Below are positions 26,917 through 34,090 of a stretch of 64,000 nt of DNA, one piece after another. The position numbers and the translations under genes were made by a program. Under the pieces are notes generated by a model. The model was not told where the DNA came from, did not search any database, and saw only the letters and a program-made list of their open reading frames with translations. Source of the stretch: Ruminiclostridium sp. (GTDB lineage Bacteria; Bacillota; Clostridia; Oscillospirales; Ruminococcaceae); the NCBI GenBank assembly GCA_045591405.1, contig JAZNST010000051.1, positions 15,571-79,570 on the forward strand. Direction: 5' to 3'. Each line of letters opens with the position of its first letter. The stretch's first letter is position 1.

Positions 26917-27348
26917 TCAGGTTGCAAAATCAATATCAAATCTTATGCTGTTTGAAAAAAGTATACCTTTCGTAAGCTTGATACAAAGAATACAAGTGTT
27001 TTCATCGTCAAGATTACTGTGACCGTTGTCAATCCAACCGGAAAAAATCTTCCTCATTTTGTGAGCAACGTCTTTGTTTTTTTCGCTTGAAAACGAGCCT
27101 AACGAGACGGCTGTTCCCTGCGCTGTAAACCATTCACCCGATACAGCCACGACAGGATTTTTTTCAATCTGTTTCATCTTGCCCGATAAAGCATAGGTAA
27201 GCACGTAAAAAGCACCGTTTTCATAAAATGCGTCAACAGTTCTGACGTACGGTATATTATCAACAGACGTGGCAAGCGCAATAAGGCTGTCCTTGCCGAA
27301 TCGCTCAAGTAAAAGAGCGTTTATTTCCTTCGTAATTTTTTCAGACAT
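26917..27348 (-). CDS. Pyridoxamine 5'-phosphate oxidase-like (FMN-binding split-barrel) family protein
   Basis: 143 aa with a PNPOx-like pattern (IALATSVDNIPYVRTVDAFYENGAFY, KNPVVAVSGEWF). The family call is from memory. Confidence 0.55.
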   Translation of the reverse strand: MSEKITKEINALLLERFGKDSLIALATSVDNIPYVRTVDAFYENGAFYVLTYALSGKMKQIEKNPVVAVSGEWFTAQGTAVSLGSFSSEKNKDVAHKMRKIFSGWIDNGHSNLDDENTCILCIKLTKGILFSNSIRFDIDFAT

Positions 27349-27379
27349 TTTTACCTCTTGATTTATTAAATATACGTTT

Positions 27380-28009
27380 TCAAAAGCATTGCTTTACACT
27401 TTTGACGTTCATTTCAGGAATAGTCGTACACTCATTTGCTTTCCCCGATTTTATAAGCATCAGCATTCCGACAAATTCACAGCTAAGCATATCCTGAATC
27501 TCTTTTTGGGTAAAATTACACACCTTGCTTGCAATAAGCGAGCCTATGGCGTAGGTGTTTATCCAGTTATGTCTGAAGAGAAGCTTTGCATCCTCATAGC
27601 TTAATTCATAATCCCGCTGTATAACCTCAACGCTGAGCGTTGCAATATCGCCGAGGTTAGCAAACACACCATCAAAATTCTGAACCTCCGGCTTTTCGGT
27701 CATAAAGAGAAGCCTGTACAGCTTCGGCTCCTCGATTGCGAACAAAATCATCTGTACGCCAAGCTCCTTATACACAGGGGTATAGTTCAGAGCCCTTCTT
27801 GCATACTCCTCAAATCTTGCAAGAGCAGCCTCTCGCACTTGTGCATATACCTCGCTCATATTCTTGAACACGGTGAAAATGGGACGGGTAGAGCTGTTGA
27901 GAGCAGCGCCCAGCTCTCTTGCAGTAAGTGCTTGCAGACCTTTATCCGCTGCAATTTTAAGGGCGGTCTGGATGATTTTCTCTCTTGAGAATTTAGCTTT
28001 TGGCGGCAT
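27380..28009 (-). CDS. TetR/AcrR family transcriptional regulator
   Basis: N-terminal HTH (IIQTALKIAADKGLQALTARELGAALNSSTRPIFTVF), 209 aa. First gene of the five-gene minus-strand operon. Confidence 0.85.
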   Translation of the reverse strand: MPPKAKFSREKIIQTALKIAADKGLQALTARELGAALNSSTRPIFTVFKNMSEVYAQVREAALARFEEYARRALNYTPVYKELGVQMILFAIEEPKLYRLLFMTEKPEVQNFDGVFANLGDIATLSVEVIQRDYELSYEDAKLLFRHNWINTYAIGSLIASKVCNFTQKEIQDMLSCEFVGMLMLIKSGKANECTTIPEMNVKSVKQCF

Positions 28010-28027
28010 CGTTTTTCTCCATTCTGC

Positions 28028-28037
28028 AACAATTGTT
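28028..28037. promoter_or_regulatory. Perfect 10-bp palindrome AACAATTGTT between the -10 box and the tetR start (candidate operator)
   Basis: Palindrome seen directly in the sequence. The operator role is inferred from its position only. Confidence 0.3.
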
Positions 28038-28053
28038 ATAAAACAACCGTATC

Positions 28054-28082
28054 ATTATATCAGATGAAAATGTGCTTGTCAA
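28054..28082 (-). promoter_or_regulatory. Consensus sigmaA promoter of the TetR operon
   Basis: On the minus strand, TTGACA, 17 nt, TATAAT. Confidence 0.65.
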
Positions 28083-28116
28083 TACAAAATTACACATTTT
28101 TCAAAATCTTTTTTAC

Positions 28117-28155
28117 AATAAAAAATACCGTAGCTGATAACATCAACTACGGTAT
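28117..28155 (-). terminator. Intrinsic terminator after the tRNA-Ser pair
   Basis: On the minus strand, ATACCGTAG/CTACGGTAT hairpin followed by TTTTTTATTG. Confidence 0.65.
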
Positions 28156-28157
28156 TT

Positions 28158-28247
28158 TGGCGGAGAACAAGGGATTCGAACCCTCGCGCCGGTTTCCCGA
28201 CCTACTCCCTTAGCAGGGGAGCCCCTTCACCACTTGGGTAATTCTCC
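28158..28247 (-). tRNA. tRNA-Ser (anticodon GCT), type II, CCA encoded
   Basis: Reverse complement is GGAGAATTACCCAAGTGGTGAAGGGGCTCCCCTGCTAAGGGAG...GGTTCGAATCCCTTGTTCTCCGCCA. It has a CTGCTAA anticodon loop and a long variable arm. Confidence 0.9.
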
Positions 28248-28273
28248 AAAATGCTGAATTATGAGTATTAAAT

Positions 28274-28362
28274 TGGCGGAGTAGGTGGGATTCGAACCCA
28301 CGGTCCCTTGCGGGATCACTGGTTTTCAAGACCAGCTCCTTAAACCACTCGGACACCACTCC
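28274..28362 (-). tRNA. tRNA-Ser (anticodon TGA), type II, CCA encoded
   Basis: Reverse complement is GGAGTGGTGTCCGAGTGGTTTAAGGAGCTGGTCTTGAAAACCAG...GGTTCGAATCCCACCTACTCCGCCA. It has a CTTGAAA anticodon loop. Confidence 0.9.
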
Positions 28363-28377
28363 GTTTATTGCTTTTAG

Positions 28378-28406
28378 ATTATAGCACATTAAAAAAGAAA
28401 TGTCAA
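28378..28406 (-). promoter_or_regulatory. Consensus sigmaA promoter (extended -10) for the tRNA-Ser pair
   Basis: On the minus strand, TTGACA, 17 nt (ending TGC), TATAAT, 15 nt upstream of the tRNA 5' end. Confidence 0.65.
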
Positions 28407-28473
28407 GCCATATTTTTGTCATATTTGAAAATACAGGGCATATATTTTACAAAAAGGAAAACGAGGTTGCAAT

Positions 28474-28689
28474 ATGAAGCACAAAAATGAGGACAGGCAT
28501 ATCGAACAGCTGAGAAACGAATTTATGCTACTTGTTCAGGCGATGGACAAAAACTATGAGGAATATAACAGTGTTGACGATAACGACCTTATAGAAGCGC
28601 TGATTTACGAGCGTTGTTCGCTTGAGGCAAGGTATAAATACCTGCTTGGTATAGCAAAGAAGCTGGGTATCGAAACAGATGTTTCATAA
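28474..28689 (+). CDS. YaaL-like protein (DUF2508)
   Basis: 71 aa, DDNDLIEALIYERCSLEARYKYLL pattern. It directly precedes bofA as in B. subtilis yaaL-bofA. Confidence 0.6.
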   Translation: MKHKNEDRHIEQLRNEFMLLVQAMDKNYEEYNSVDDNDLIEALIYERCSLEARYKYLLGIAKKLGIETDVS

Positions 28690-28704
28690 CGGAAAGGAAA
28701 AGCT

Positions 28705-28944
28705 ATGGATATTTTGTTTATTGTTATCGGAATTTGTCTTTTTATTCGTTATTTATGCATTGTCTGTCAAACAAAAAAATGGCTTAAAAATGCTTTGATT
28801 AACACTTTTTCAGGTCTTGCTTCGCTTATGATTTGCACAGTGGTTACAAACTCGCTGAGCCTCTCCCCTGTTACCGCCTTTATATCAACAGTTCTTGGGG
28901 TTCCCGGAACGCTTCTGATGATGATAACGGGGTATGTTTTATAA
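28705..28944 (+). CDS. bofA: Pro-sigmaK processing inhibitor BofA
   Basis: 79-aa two-TM protein of BofA-like size, with C-terminal GVPGTLLMM. yaaL-bofA synteny. Confidence 0.7.
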   Translation: MDILFIVIGICLFIRYLCIVCQTKKWLKNALINTFSGLASLMICTVVTNSLSLSPVTAFISTVLGVPGTLLMMITGYVL

Positions 28945-28948
28945 TTTT

Positions 28949-28976
28949 GGGTGGCAAATAACGCCGCCCTTTTTTG
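28949..28976 (+). terminator. Intrinsic terminator after bofA
   Basis: GGGTGGC/GCCGCCC hairpin (one G-U) followed by TTTTTTG. Confidence 0.65.
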
Positions 28977-29005
28977 TGCATTGTGTAACAATAATCAATC
29001 TGTTA

Positions 29006-29034
29006 TTGAAAATTTTTTATAAATATGCTATACT
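29006..29034 (+). promoter_or_regulatory. SigmaA-type promoter (extended -10) of the DRTGG/ATPase/hydrogenase-like cluster
   Basis: TTGAAA, 17 nt (ending TGC), TATACT. Confidence 0.55.
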
Positions 29035-29090
29035 ATATAAAATAATAAGCGGGCATTGCCCAAAACCTATTTGAAGGATTCGGTGATTAT

Positions 29091-29444
29091 ATGACTATCA
29101 ACGACATTAAAAATTTACTTGAAGCGACTGTTCTTTGCGGAGAAGAACGAATTGACGACGAGGTAAGAAGCGCCTGCGGTTCTGATATGATGAGCGACGT
29201 ACTTGCTTACGTAAAGGATCAGGCTGTGCTCCTTACGGGACTTTTGAACCCACAGGTTGTAAGAACGGCTGAAATGATGGACATTATCTGCATCGTTTTT
29301 GTCAGAGGAAAAACCCCCGACGAAGCTGTTATAACGCTTGCAAAGGAAATGAACATTGCGGTTCTTTCTACCCCAATGCGTATGTTTGAAGCGTGCGGTG
29401 TTCTTTATTCAAGCGGTCTGAAAGGAGGAAAAGTCAAATCATGA
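29091..29444 (+). CDS. DRTGG domain protein
   Basis: 117 aa with MMSDVLA...AVLLTGL...IVFVRGK...A pattern typical of stand-alone DRTGG proteins. Confidence 0.7.
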   Translation: MTINDIKNLLEATVLCGEERIDDEVRSACGSDMMSDVLAYVKDQAVLLTGLLNPQVVRTAEMMDIICIVFVRGKTPDEAVITLAKEMNIAVLSTPMRMFEACGVLYSSGLKGGKVKS

Positions 29445-29863
29445 ATCCCATAACACTCAGATATGAAGTTCCGGGAGACGACTTCACTCGTGCAGGAGAA
29501 GCTAGCTCTGCAATCAAGAATAAGCTCAAGCAAATGGGTGTTTCTCCTTCCGTAATAAGAAACGTTGCTATTGCAACCTATGAGGGTGAAATAAATACCG
29601 TCATTCACGCAAACGGCGGCGAAATAATTGTTACAATCGACGCTGAATCGGTAACAATCGTTATCAAAGACACGGGAAAAGGTATTCCCGATATCAATCT
29701 TGCAATGCAAGAAGGCTATACAACAGCCCCCGACGACGTTCGTTCGCTCGGCTTCGGCGCAGGAATGGGACTTCCTAATATGAAAAAATATTCGGACGAA
29801 TTTGATATTCAGTCAACAGTCGGATTAGGAACAACTGTTACAATGAAAATCTATATCCGTTGA
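29441..29863 (+). CDS. GHKL-type ATPase, anti-sigma regulatory factor (SpoIIAB-like Ser/Thr kinase) family
   Basis: ATG 29441 overlaps the upstream stop (ATGA). DTGKGIPD and GFGAGMGLPNM ATP-lid motifs, ~140 aa. Confidence 0.75.
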   Translation: MNPITLRYEVPGDDFTRAGEASSAIKNKLKQMGVSPSVIRNVAIATYEGEINTVIHANGGEIIVTIDAESVTIVIKDTGKGIPDINLAMQEGYTTAPDDVRSLGFGAGMGLPNMKKYSDEFDIQSTVGLGTTVTMKIYIR

Positions 29864-29881
29864 TTTGAGAAAGGAAATGAA

Positions 29882-31174
29882 ATGGATACCTTCTTCCACT
29901 CTGTTTATCTTAATTCAGATTTATGCAAGGGATGTATAAATTGCCTCAAACGCTGTCCTACTCAGGCAATCAGAGTGAGAAACGGAAAAGCGCAGATAAT
30001 TAAGGAATTTTGTATTGATTGCGGCGAATGTATAAGAATTTGTCCTCATCACGCAAAAAAGGCTACATACGACCCTCTCGATATACTCAATAAATACGAA
30101 TACAAGGTTGCTCTTCCCCCTCCGTCGCTCTACGCTCAATTCAATAATCTGGAAGAAAAAGAGCTTGTTCTTGCAGCTCTCAAAAAGTTCGGCTTTGACG
30201 ACGTTTTTGAGGTTGCAACAGCAGCGGAAATGGTCTCGGAAATGACCAGAAAGCTTATCACAGAAAGAGGCGTTGAGCTTCCGATTATTTCTTCTGCCTG
30301 CCCTTCTGTTGTAAGACTTATAAGAGTTCGTTTCCCAAATCTCATTGATAAGCTTTCGCCGCTGAACGTTCCTGCTGATCTGGCGGGCTCGCTTGCGCTT
30401 GAAAACGCAATGAAAAAAACAGGACTCGCTCGTGAAAAAATCGGAATTATCTTTATTACCCCCTGTCCTGCCAAAATGACGGCAATCAACGTACCGATAG
30501 GAAAAAGAAAGTCGGATATAAACGGCGTTATTGCAATGAGTGAAATCTACCCTCGTCTTCTTCCGCTTATGAAAGAAATCTACGAAAACGATGAAGTTGA
30601 GGCTCTTACTAAGGATATTTCCCTTTCGGGAAAAATTGGTGTGAGCTGGGGACGAAGCGGCGGCGAAGCAGGTGGAGTAATAAGAGACAACTACCTTGCC
30701 GCAGACGGAATTGAAAACGTAATACGAGTTCTTGAGGATCTTGAGGACGATAAGCTTTCAAATCTTGAATTTATTGAGCTTAATGCTTGTTCAGGCGGCT
30801 GTGTCGGCGGAGTTCTTGCAGTTGAAAATCCATATCTTGCCAAAGTAAAGCTCAATATTTTAAGAAAATATCTTCCCGTTTCAGGCTCTCATCTTGAAGA
30901 TACAATTCCAAAGGAGTCGTTCCTTGATCAGAAGATTGAATATATGCCCGTTTACAGATTAAGCGATGATTTTGAGGAATCTATTGCTATGATGCAAAAG
31001 GTAGAAGAAATCACGGAAAGACTTCCGGGGCTTGATTGCGGCTGCTGTGGCGCACCGACGTGCCGTGCGCTCGCCGAGGACGTAGTAAGAGGTCAGGCTT
31101 CTGAAAAGGACTGTATTCATATTCTTCGTAAGTTCATTCATCAGATTTCTGACGAAATGAGTAAAATCAATTAA
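29882..31174 (+). CDS. [FeFe]-hydrogenase large-subunit-like Fe-S protein (2x 4Fe-4S ferredoxin + H-domain-like core + C-terminal Fe-S domain)
   Basis: CKGCINCLKRCP and CIDCGECIRICP ferredoxin motifs. H-cluster-like motifs SSACP (aa 137-141), TPCPAK (192-197) and ELNACSGGCVGG (299-310). C-terminal CGCCGAPTCRALAEDV. Confidence 0.8.
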   Translation: MDTFFHSVYLNSDLCKGCINCLKRCPTQAIRVRNGKAQIIKEFCIDCGECIRICPHHAKKATYDPLDILNKYEYKVALPPPSLYAQFNNLEEKELVLAALKKFGFDDVFEVATAAEMVSEMTRKLITERGVELPIISSACPSVVRLIRVRFPNLIDKLSPLNVPADLAGSLALENAMKKTGLAREKIGIIFITPCPAKMTAINVPIGKRKSDINGVIAMSEIYPRLLPLMKEIYENDEVEALTKDISLSGKIGVSWGRSGGEAGGVIRDNYLAADGIENVIRVLEDLEDDKLSNLEFIELNACSGGCVGGVLAVENPYLAKVKLNILRKYLPVSGSHLEDTIPKESFLDQKIEYMPVYRLSDDFEESIAMMQKVEEITERLPGLDCGCCGAPTCRALAEDVVRGQASEKDCIHILRKFIHQISDEMSKIN

Positions 31175-31186
31175 TAGAGGCTTATT

Positions 31187-31516
31187 ATGACTGTAAAAGA
31201 TTTAGTATGTGAAAACGACTTCGTATCTCTTTGCGAGGCGGATTTTACCCGTGAAATTTCTTGCATTTACTGCTGTGATTTGTTAAGCGTTGTTATGGGA
31301 AAAGCTCCTCAGGGCTGTGCTTGGGTTACGGTTATGGGAAATCTTAACGCCGCTGCCGTTGCCGCATTAGCGGACATCAGCGTTATAATTCTCGCTGACG
31401 GAAGCGCAATTGATGATAAAATGCTCGAAAAAGCAAAGGAGCAAGGAATAAACGTGCTTAAAACAGCGCTTCCGATTTATGAAGCGGCGGCGATTATAGG
31501 TGAAAAATTAAAATGA
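31187..31516 (+). CDS. DRTGG domain protein (second copy)
   Basis: 109 aa with LLSVVMG...WVTVMGN...VIILADG pattern. Confidence 0.65.
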   Translation: MTVKDLVCENDFVSLCEADFTREISCIYCCDLLSVVMGKAPQGCAWVTVMGNLNAAAVAALADISVIILADGSAIDDKMLEKAKEQGINVLKTALPIYEAAAIIGEKLK

Positions 31517-32232
31517 TTGAATTAAGCTACGATTTACACGTTCACTCTTGCCTCTCCCCTTGCGGCGACGACGAGTCAACCCCCGCAAATATCGCCATGC
31601 TTTCACAGCTTCTTGGGCTTGATGTTGTTGCAATCACCGACCACAGTAGCTGTAAAAACTGTCCCGCTTTTTTTGAAGCGGCTGAGGCTGTGGGGATAGT
31701 GCCGATTGCGGGAATGGAGCTTACAACGGAGGAAGAAATCCACGTGCTCTGTCTTTTTCCTGAGCTTTCTGCGGCTATGGAATTTGACGCAGAGGTTCAC
31801 GAAGCGCTTTTTCCGATAAAAAACGATCCTGAAATATACGGAAATCAGCTAATTGTGAACTCTGACGATGAAGTAATAGGCAAAGAAGAAATCTGCCTTA
31901 TAAACGCTACTTCTATCGGGATTTATGACTTGAACGCAAAGGTTCGCGCTCTTGGAGGGATTATAATCCCCGCCCACATTGACAGAAGCGCATTCAGCAT
32001 CATTTCATCGCTTGGTACGCTACCCGACGACTGCGGCTTCAACTGTGTTGAAATCAAATATCCCGAAGCTGAAAATAACCTCAAAGAAAAATATCCCTAT
32101 ATTTCAAAATGCAACGTCATTTACGATTCCGACGCTCACAGGCTTGAAAATTTATCGCTTGGAAACCATAAGCTTTTGGCTGAGGAAAAAACAGCACAGG
32201 CAGTGCTTAAAGCCCTTGACGCAAAAATATAA
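31513..32232 (+). CDS. PHP-domain phosphoesterase
   Basis: DLHVHSCLSPCGD and ITDHSS metal-binding motifs. ATGA overlap with the upstream gene. Confidence 0.75.
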   Translation: MIELSYDLHVHSCLSPCGDDESTPANIAMLSQLLGLDVVAITDHSSCKNCPAFFEAAEAVGIVPIAGMELTTEEEIHVLCLFPELSAAMEFDAEVHEALFPIKNDPEIYGNQLIVNSDDEVIGKEEICLINATSIGIYDLNAKVRALGGIIIPAHIDRSAFSIISSLGTLPDDCGFNCVEIKYPEAENNLKEKYPYISKCNVIYDSDAHRLENLSLGNHKLLAEEKTAQAVLKALDAKI

Positions 32233-32237
32233 CAACA

Positions 32238-32276
32238 AATCCCACAAAGAACGGTACTTTGTGGGATTTTTCCTTT
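32238..32276 (+). terminator. Intrinsic terminator ending the five-gene cluster
   Basis: AAATCCCACAAAG/CTTTGTGGGATTT hairpin followed by TTCCTTTT. Confidence 0.75.
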
Positions 32277-32280
32277 TCAA

Positions 32281-32312
32281 AACAAAAAGCGCTTGTGATT
32301 TCTCACAGGCGC
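32281..32312 (-). terminator. Intrinsic terminator after divIC
   Basis: On the minus strand, GCGCCTGTGA/TCACAAGCGC hairpin followed by TTTTTGTT. Confidence 0.6.
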
Positions 32313-32325
32313 CATATTTATCATT

Positions 32326-32649
32326 TTATTGTGGTATGAAGTAGTAAATCGTTTCATCGGGATAAGAATAGTCAAGCTGATCTCGTGCAATCTGCTCGAT
32401 ATATTCCATTCTGTTTTCATCTATGCTATAACGCTCAAGCTGTGCGTTTTTAGCGTTAAGCTCAGCAACGGTTTTAGTAAGAGTCTCATAGTGAGCGTTT
32501 TTCTGAGTAATTTCAACCTGCATTGAAACAAGTGAAATAAAACCGACAAGAACAATCGCAAGAACAATTATATAGAACAAAAAAGACTTACGTTTTTTTG
32601 GTGATGATACGAGCTTTGACTGCATTCTTGTTTTCACTTCCTTCAACAT
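32326..32649 (-). CDS. divIC: Septum formation initiator FtsB/DivIC family protein
   Basis: Single TM segment plus coiled coil (AELNAKNAQLERY) and C-terminal DYSYPDE. ATG 32649 has GGAG 5 nt upstream and overlaps the yabQ end. yabP-yabQ-divIC synteny. Confidence 0.65.
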   Translation of the reverse strand: MLKEVKTRMQSKLVSSPKKRKSFLFYIIVLAIVLVGFISLVSMQVEITQKNAHYETLTKTVAELNAKNAQLERYSIDENRMEYIEQIARDQLDYSYPDETIYYFIPQ

Positions 32650-33154
32650 TATTGCTCCGTTTGTTATTATACACCAAACTGTATCGCTTTTGCAATAGTT
32701 TTTTTGATAAAACAATGGGTTTGGTTAAAAAATTGTAGATTATTACAAATTGTAATTTGAATTTCTGTCTAATAAAGACAAAAAACCTTCTTGAATACTT
32801 ATGTGTAAATGCAAAAAAACGCCTTAAAATACGCCTAAGGAGAACAATCGTATGCTTTGAAATAAGATAAATTAATTTACCAAGAGTAAAATGATAAAGA
32901 ATAAAACCGATTGCCTCGAAGAAAACGTAATATAATCTGAAATATCCGCCGCCAACAGATAAAGCGACGATAAAGCTGACTATTGCGCTGACTGACGCAA
33001 AAAGACAGTCTTCAATTGTAACTGCGAGCGTATTATGGCGTATAAGAAGCCTTATAAAGCGAAAAAATTCGTATAATAATCCAAGAGCCGCACCAAGAAT
33101 CAAAAAATATCCGCCCAAAACCAGCGTCTGTGAAATCGTCTCAAACATAGGCAA
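32588..33154 (-). CDS. yabQ: Spore cortex biosynthesis protein YabQ
   Basis: Membrane protein with a YabQ-like N-terminus (GAALGLLYEFFRFIR), directly after yabP. The start is either TTG 33154 or ATG 33148. Confidence 0.6.
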   Translation of the reverse strand: MPMFETISQTLVLGGYFLILGAALGLLYEFFRFIRLLIRHNTLAVTIEDCLFASVSAIVSFIVALSVGGGYFRLYYVFFEAIGFILYHFTLGKLIYLISKHTIVLLRRILRRFFAFTHKYSRRFFVFIRQKFKLQFVIIYNFLTKPIVLSKKLLQKRYSLVYNNKRSNNVEGSENKNAVKARIITKKT

Positions 33155-33433
33155 TCACTTAAACAGCTTCGTTATGAAATTACGTGGACTTTTTTCCTTA
33201 CCCGACGAATAGCAGAAGGAATTAACGCAACCTGTCATAATAAGCTCGCCTGACGAAATATCTGTTTTTTCTATATGAAGCTCCCTGCCCTTGATTGTAA
33301 GCTCGCCAAGCTCAGTAAAAAGAATAATCTGAACGTCGGTAAAATCCTCGACCTCTTTTACGCCCGACATTACTACCCTGCTCCTGTTTTCCATTACAAA
33401 GCTGTGCATATTCTGAGATAAGCTTTTTTCCAT
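33155..33433 (-). CDS. yabP: Sporulation protein YabP
   Basis: 92 aa, VMSGVKEVEDFTDVQIILFTELGELTIKGRELHI, YabP/YqfC family. Confidence 0.8.
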   Translation of the reverse strand: MEKSLSQNMHSFVMENRSRVVMSGVKEVEDFTDVQIILFTELGELTIKGRELHIEKTDISSGELIMTGCVNSFCYSSGKEKSPRNFITKLFK

Positions 33434-33435
33434 AA

Positions 33436-33469
33436 AAACACCCCCTGCATCTGAATTATATGCAAGGGG
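33436..33469 (-). terminator. Hairpin/terminator between yabO and yabP
   Basis: On the minus strand, CCCCTTGCAT/ATGCAGGGGG (one bulge) followed by TGTTTTT. Confidence 0.5.
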
Positions 33470-33487
33470 TATTATTTTAAGTACAAG

Positions 33488-33727
33488 TCAGACAACCTCG
33501 TATAAATCGGCGCTTCCTTCTTTTCCGACAACCTCAGCTACCTTTACAACTCTGACCTTCAACGGATTTTTTCCCATATTTATTTCAATCACGTCGTTAA
33601 CTTTAACGTCGTAGGAGGCTCTTGCCGCCTTTCCGTTAACAAAAATCTTTTCAGCATCACACGCCTCGTTTGCAACCGTTCTTCTTTTTATGAGGCGTGA
33701 AACCTTGAGATACTTGTCCAATCTCAT
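33488..33727 (-). CDS. yabO: S4-domain RNA-binding protein (YabO/RqcP, Hsp15-like)
   Basis: MRLDKYLKVSRLIKRRTVA S4 motif. ATG 33727 has AAAGGAA upstream. The track start is TTG 33751. Confidence 0.8.
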   Translation of the reverse strand: MRLDKYLKVSRLIKRRTVANEACDAEKIFVNGKAARASYDVKVNDVIEINMGKNPLKVRVVKVAEVVGKEGSADLYEVV

Positions 33728-33799
33728 ATTACATTTCCTTTCAAACGCCAAAAGCAGATTTTTCCGCCGTAAATTATACGGCGGTCTGCAATCAGCGGA

Positions 33800-34075
33800 T
33801 TATTCTTCTACCGCTTTCTTGAGCGCTGTGCCTGCTCTGAATGCAGGTACTTTTCCTGCAGGAATAATAATTCTTTCCTGAGTCTGAGGATTAACACCGT
33901 TCTTTTGTGCTCTGGATCTTACTTCAAACGTTCCAAAGCCGACAAGCTGAACCTTTTCTCCGTTTGCAAGAGATTCGGTAACGCTATCAATAAACGCTGA
34001 GAGCGCCTTTTCGCTGTCTTTTTTTGTCAGCCCTGTCTTTTCCGCTATCTGTGCAATAAGCTCCGTTTTAATCAT
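33800..34075 (-). CDS. hup: DNA-binding protein HU
   Basis: 91 aa with GFGTFEVRSRA...NPQT...IPAGKVPAFRAG. Confidence 0.95.
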   Translation of the reverse strand: MIKTELIAQIAEKTGLTKKDSEKALSAFIDSVTESLANGEKVQLVGFGTFEVRSRAQKNGVNPQTQERIIIPAGKVPAFRAGTALKKAVEE

Positions 34076-34090
34076 TGTCGTTCCTCGCTT

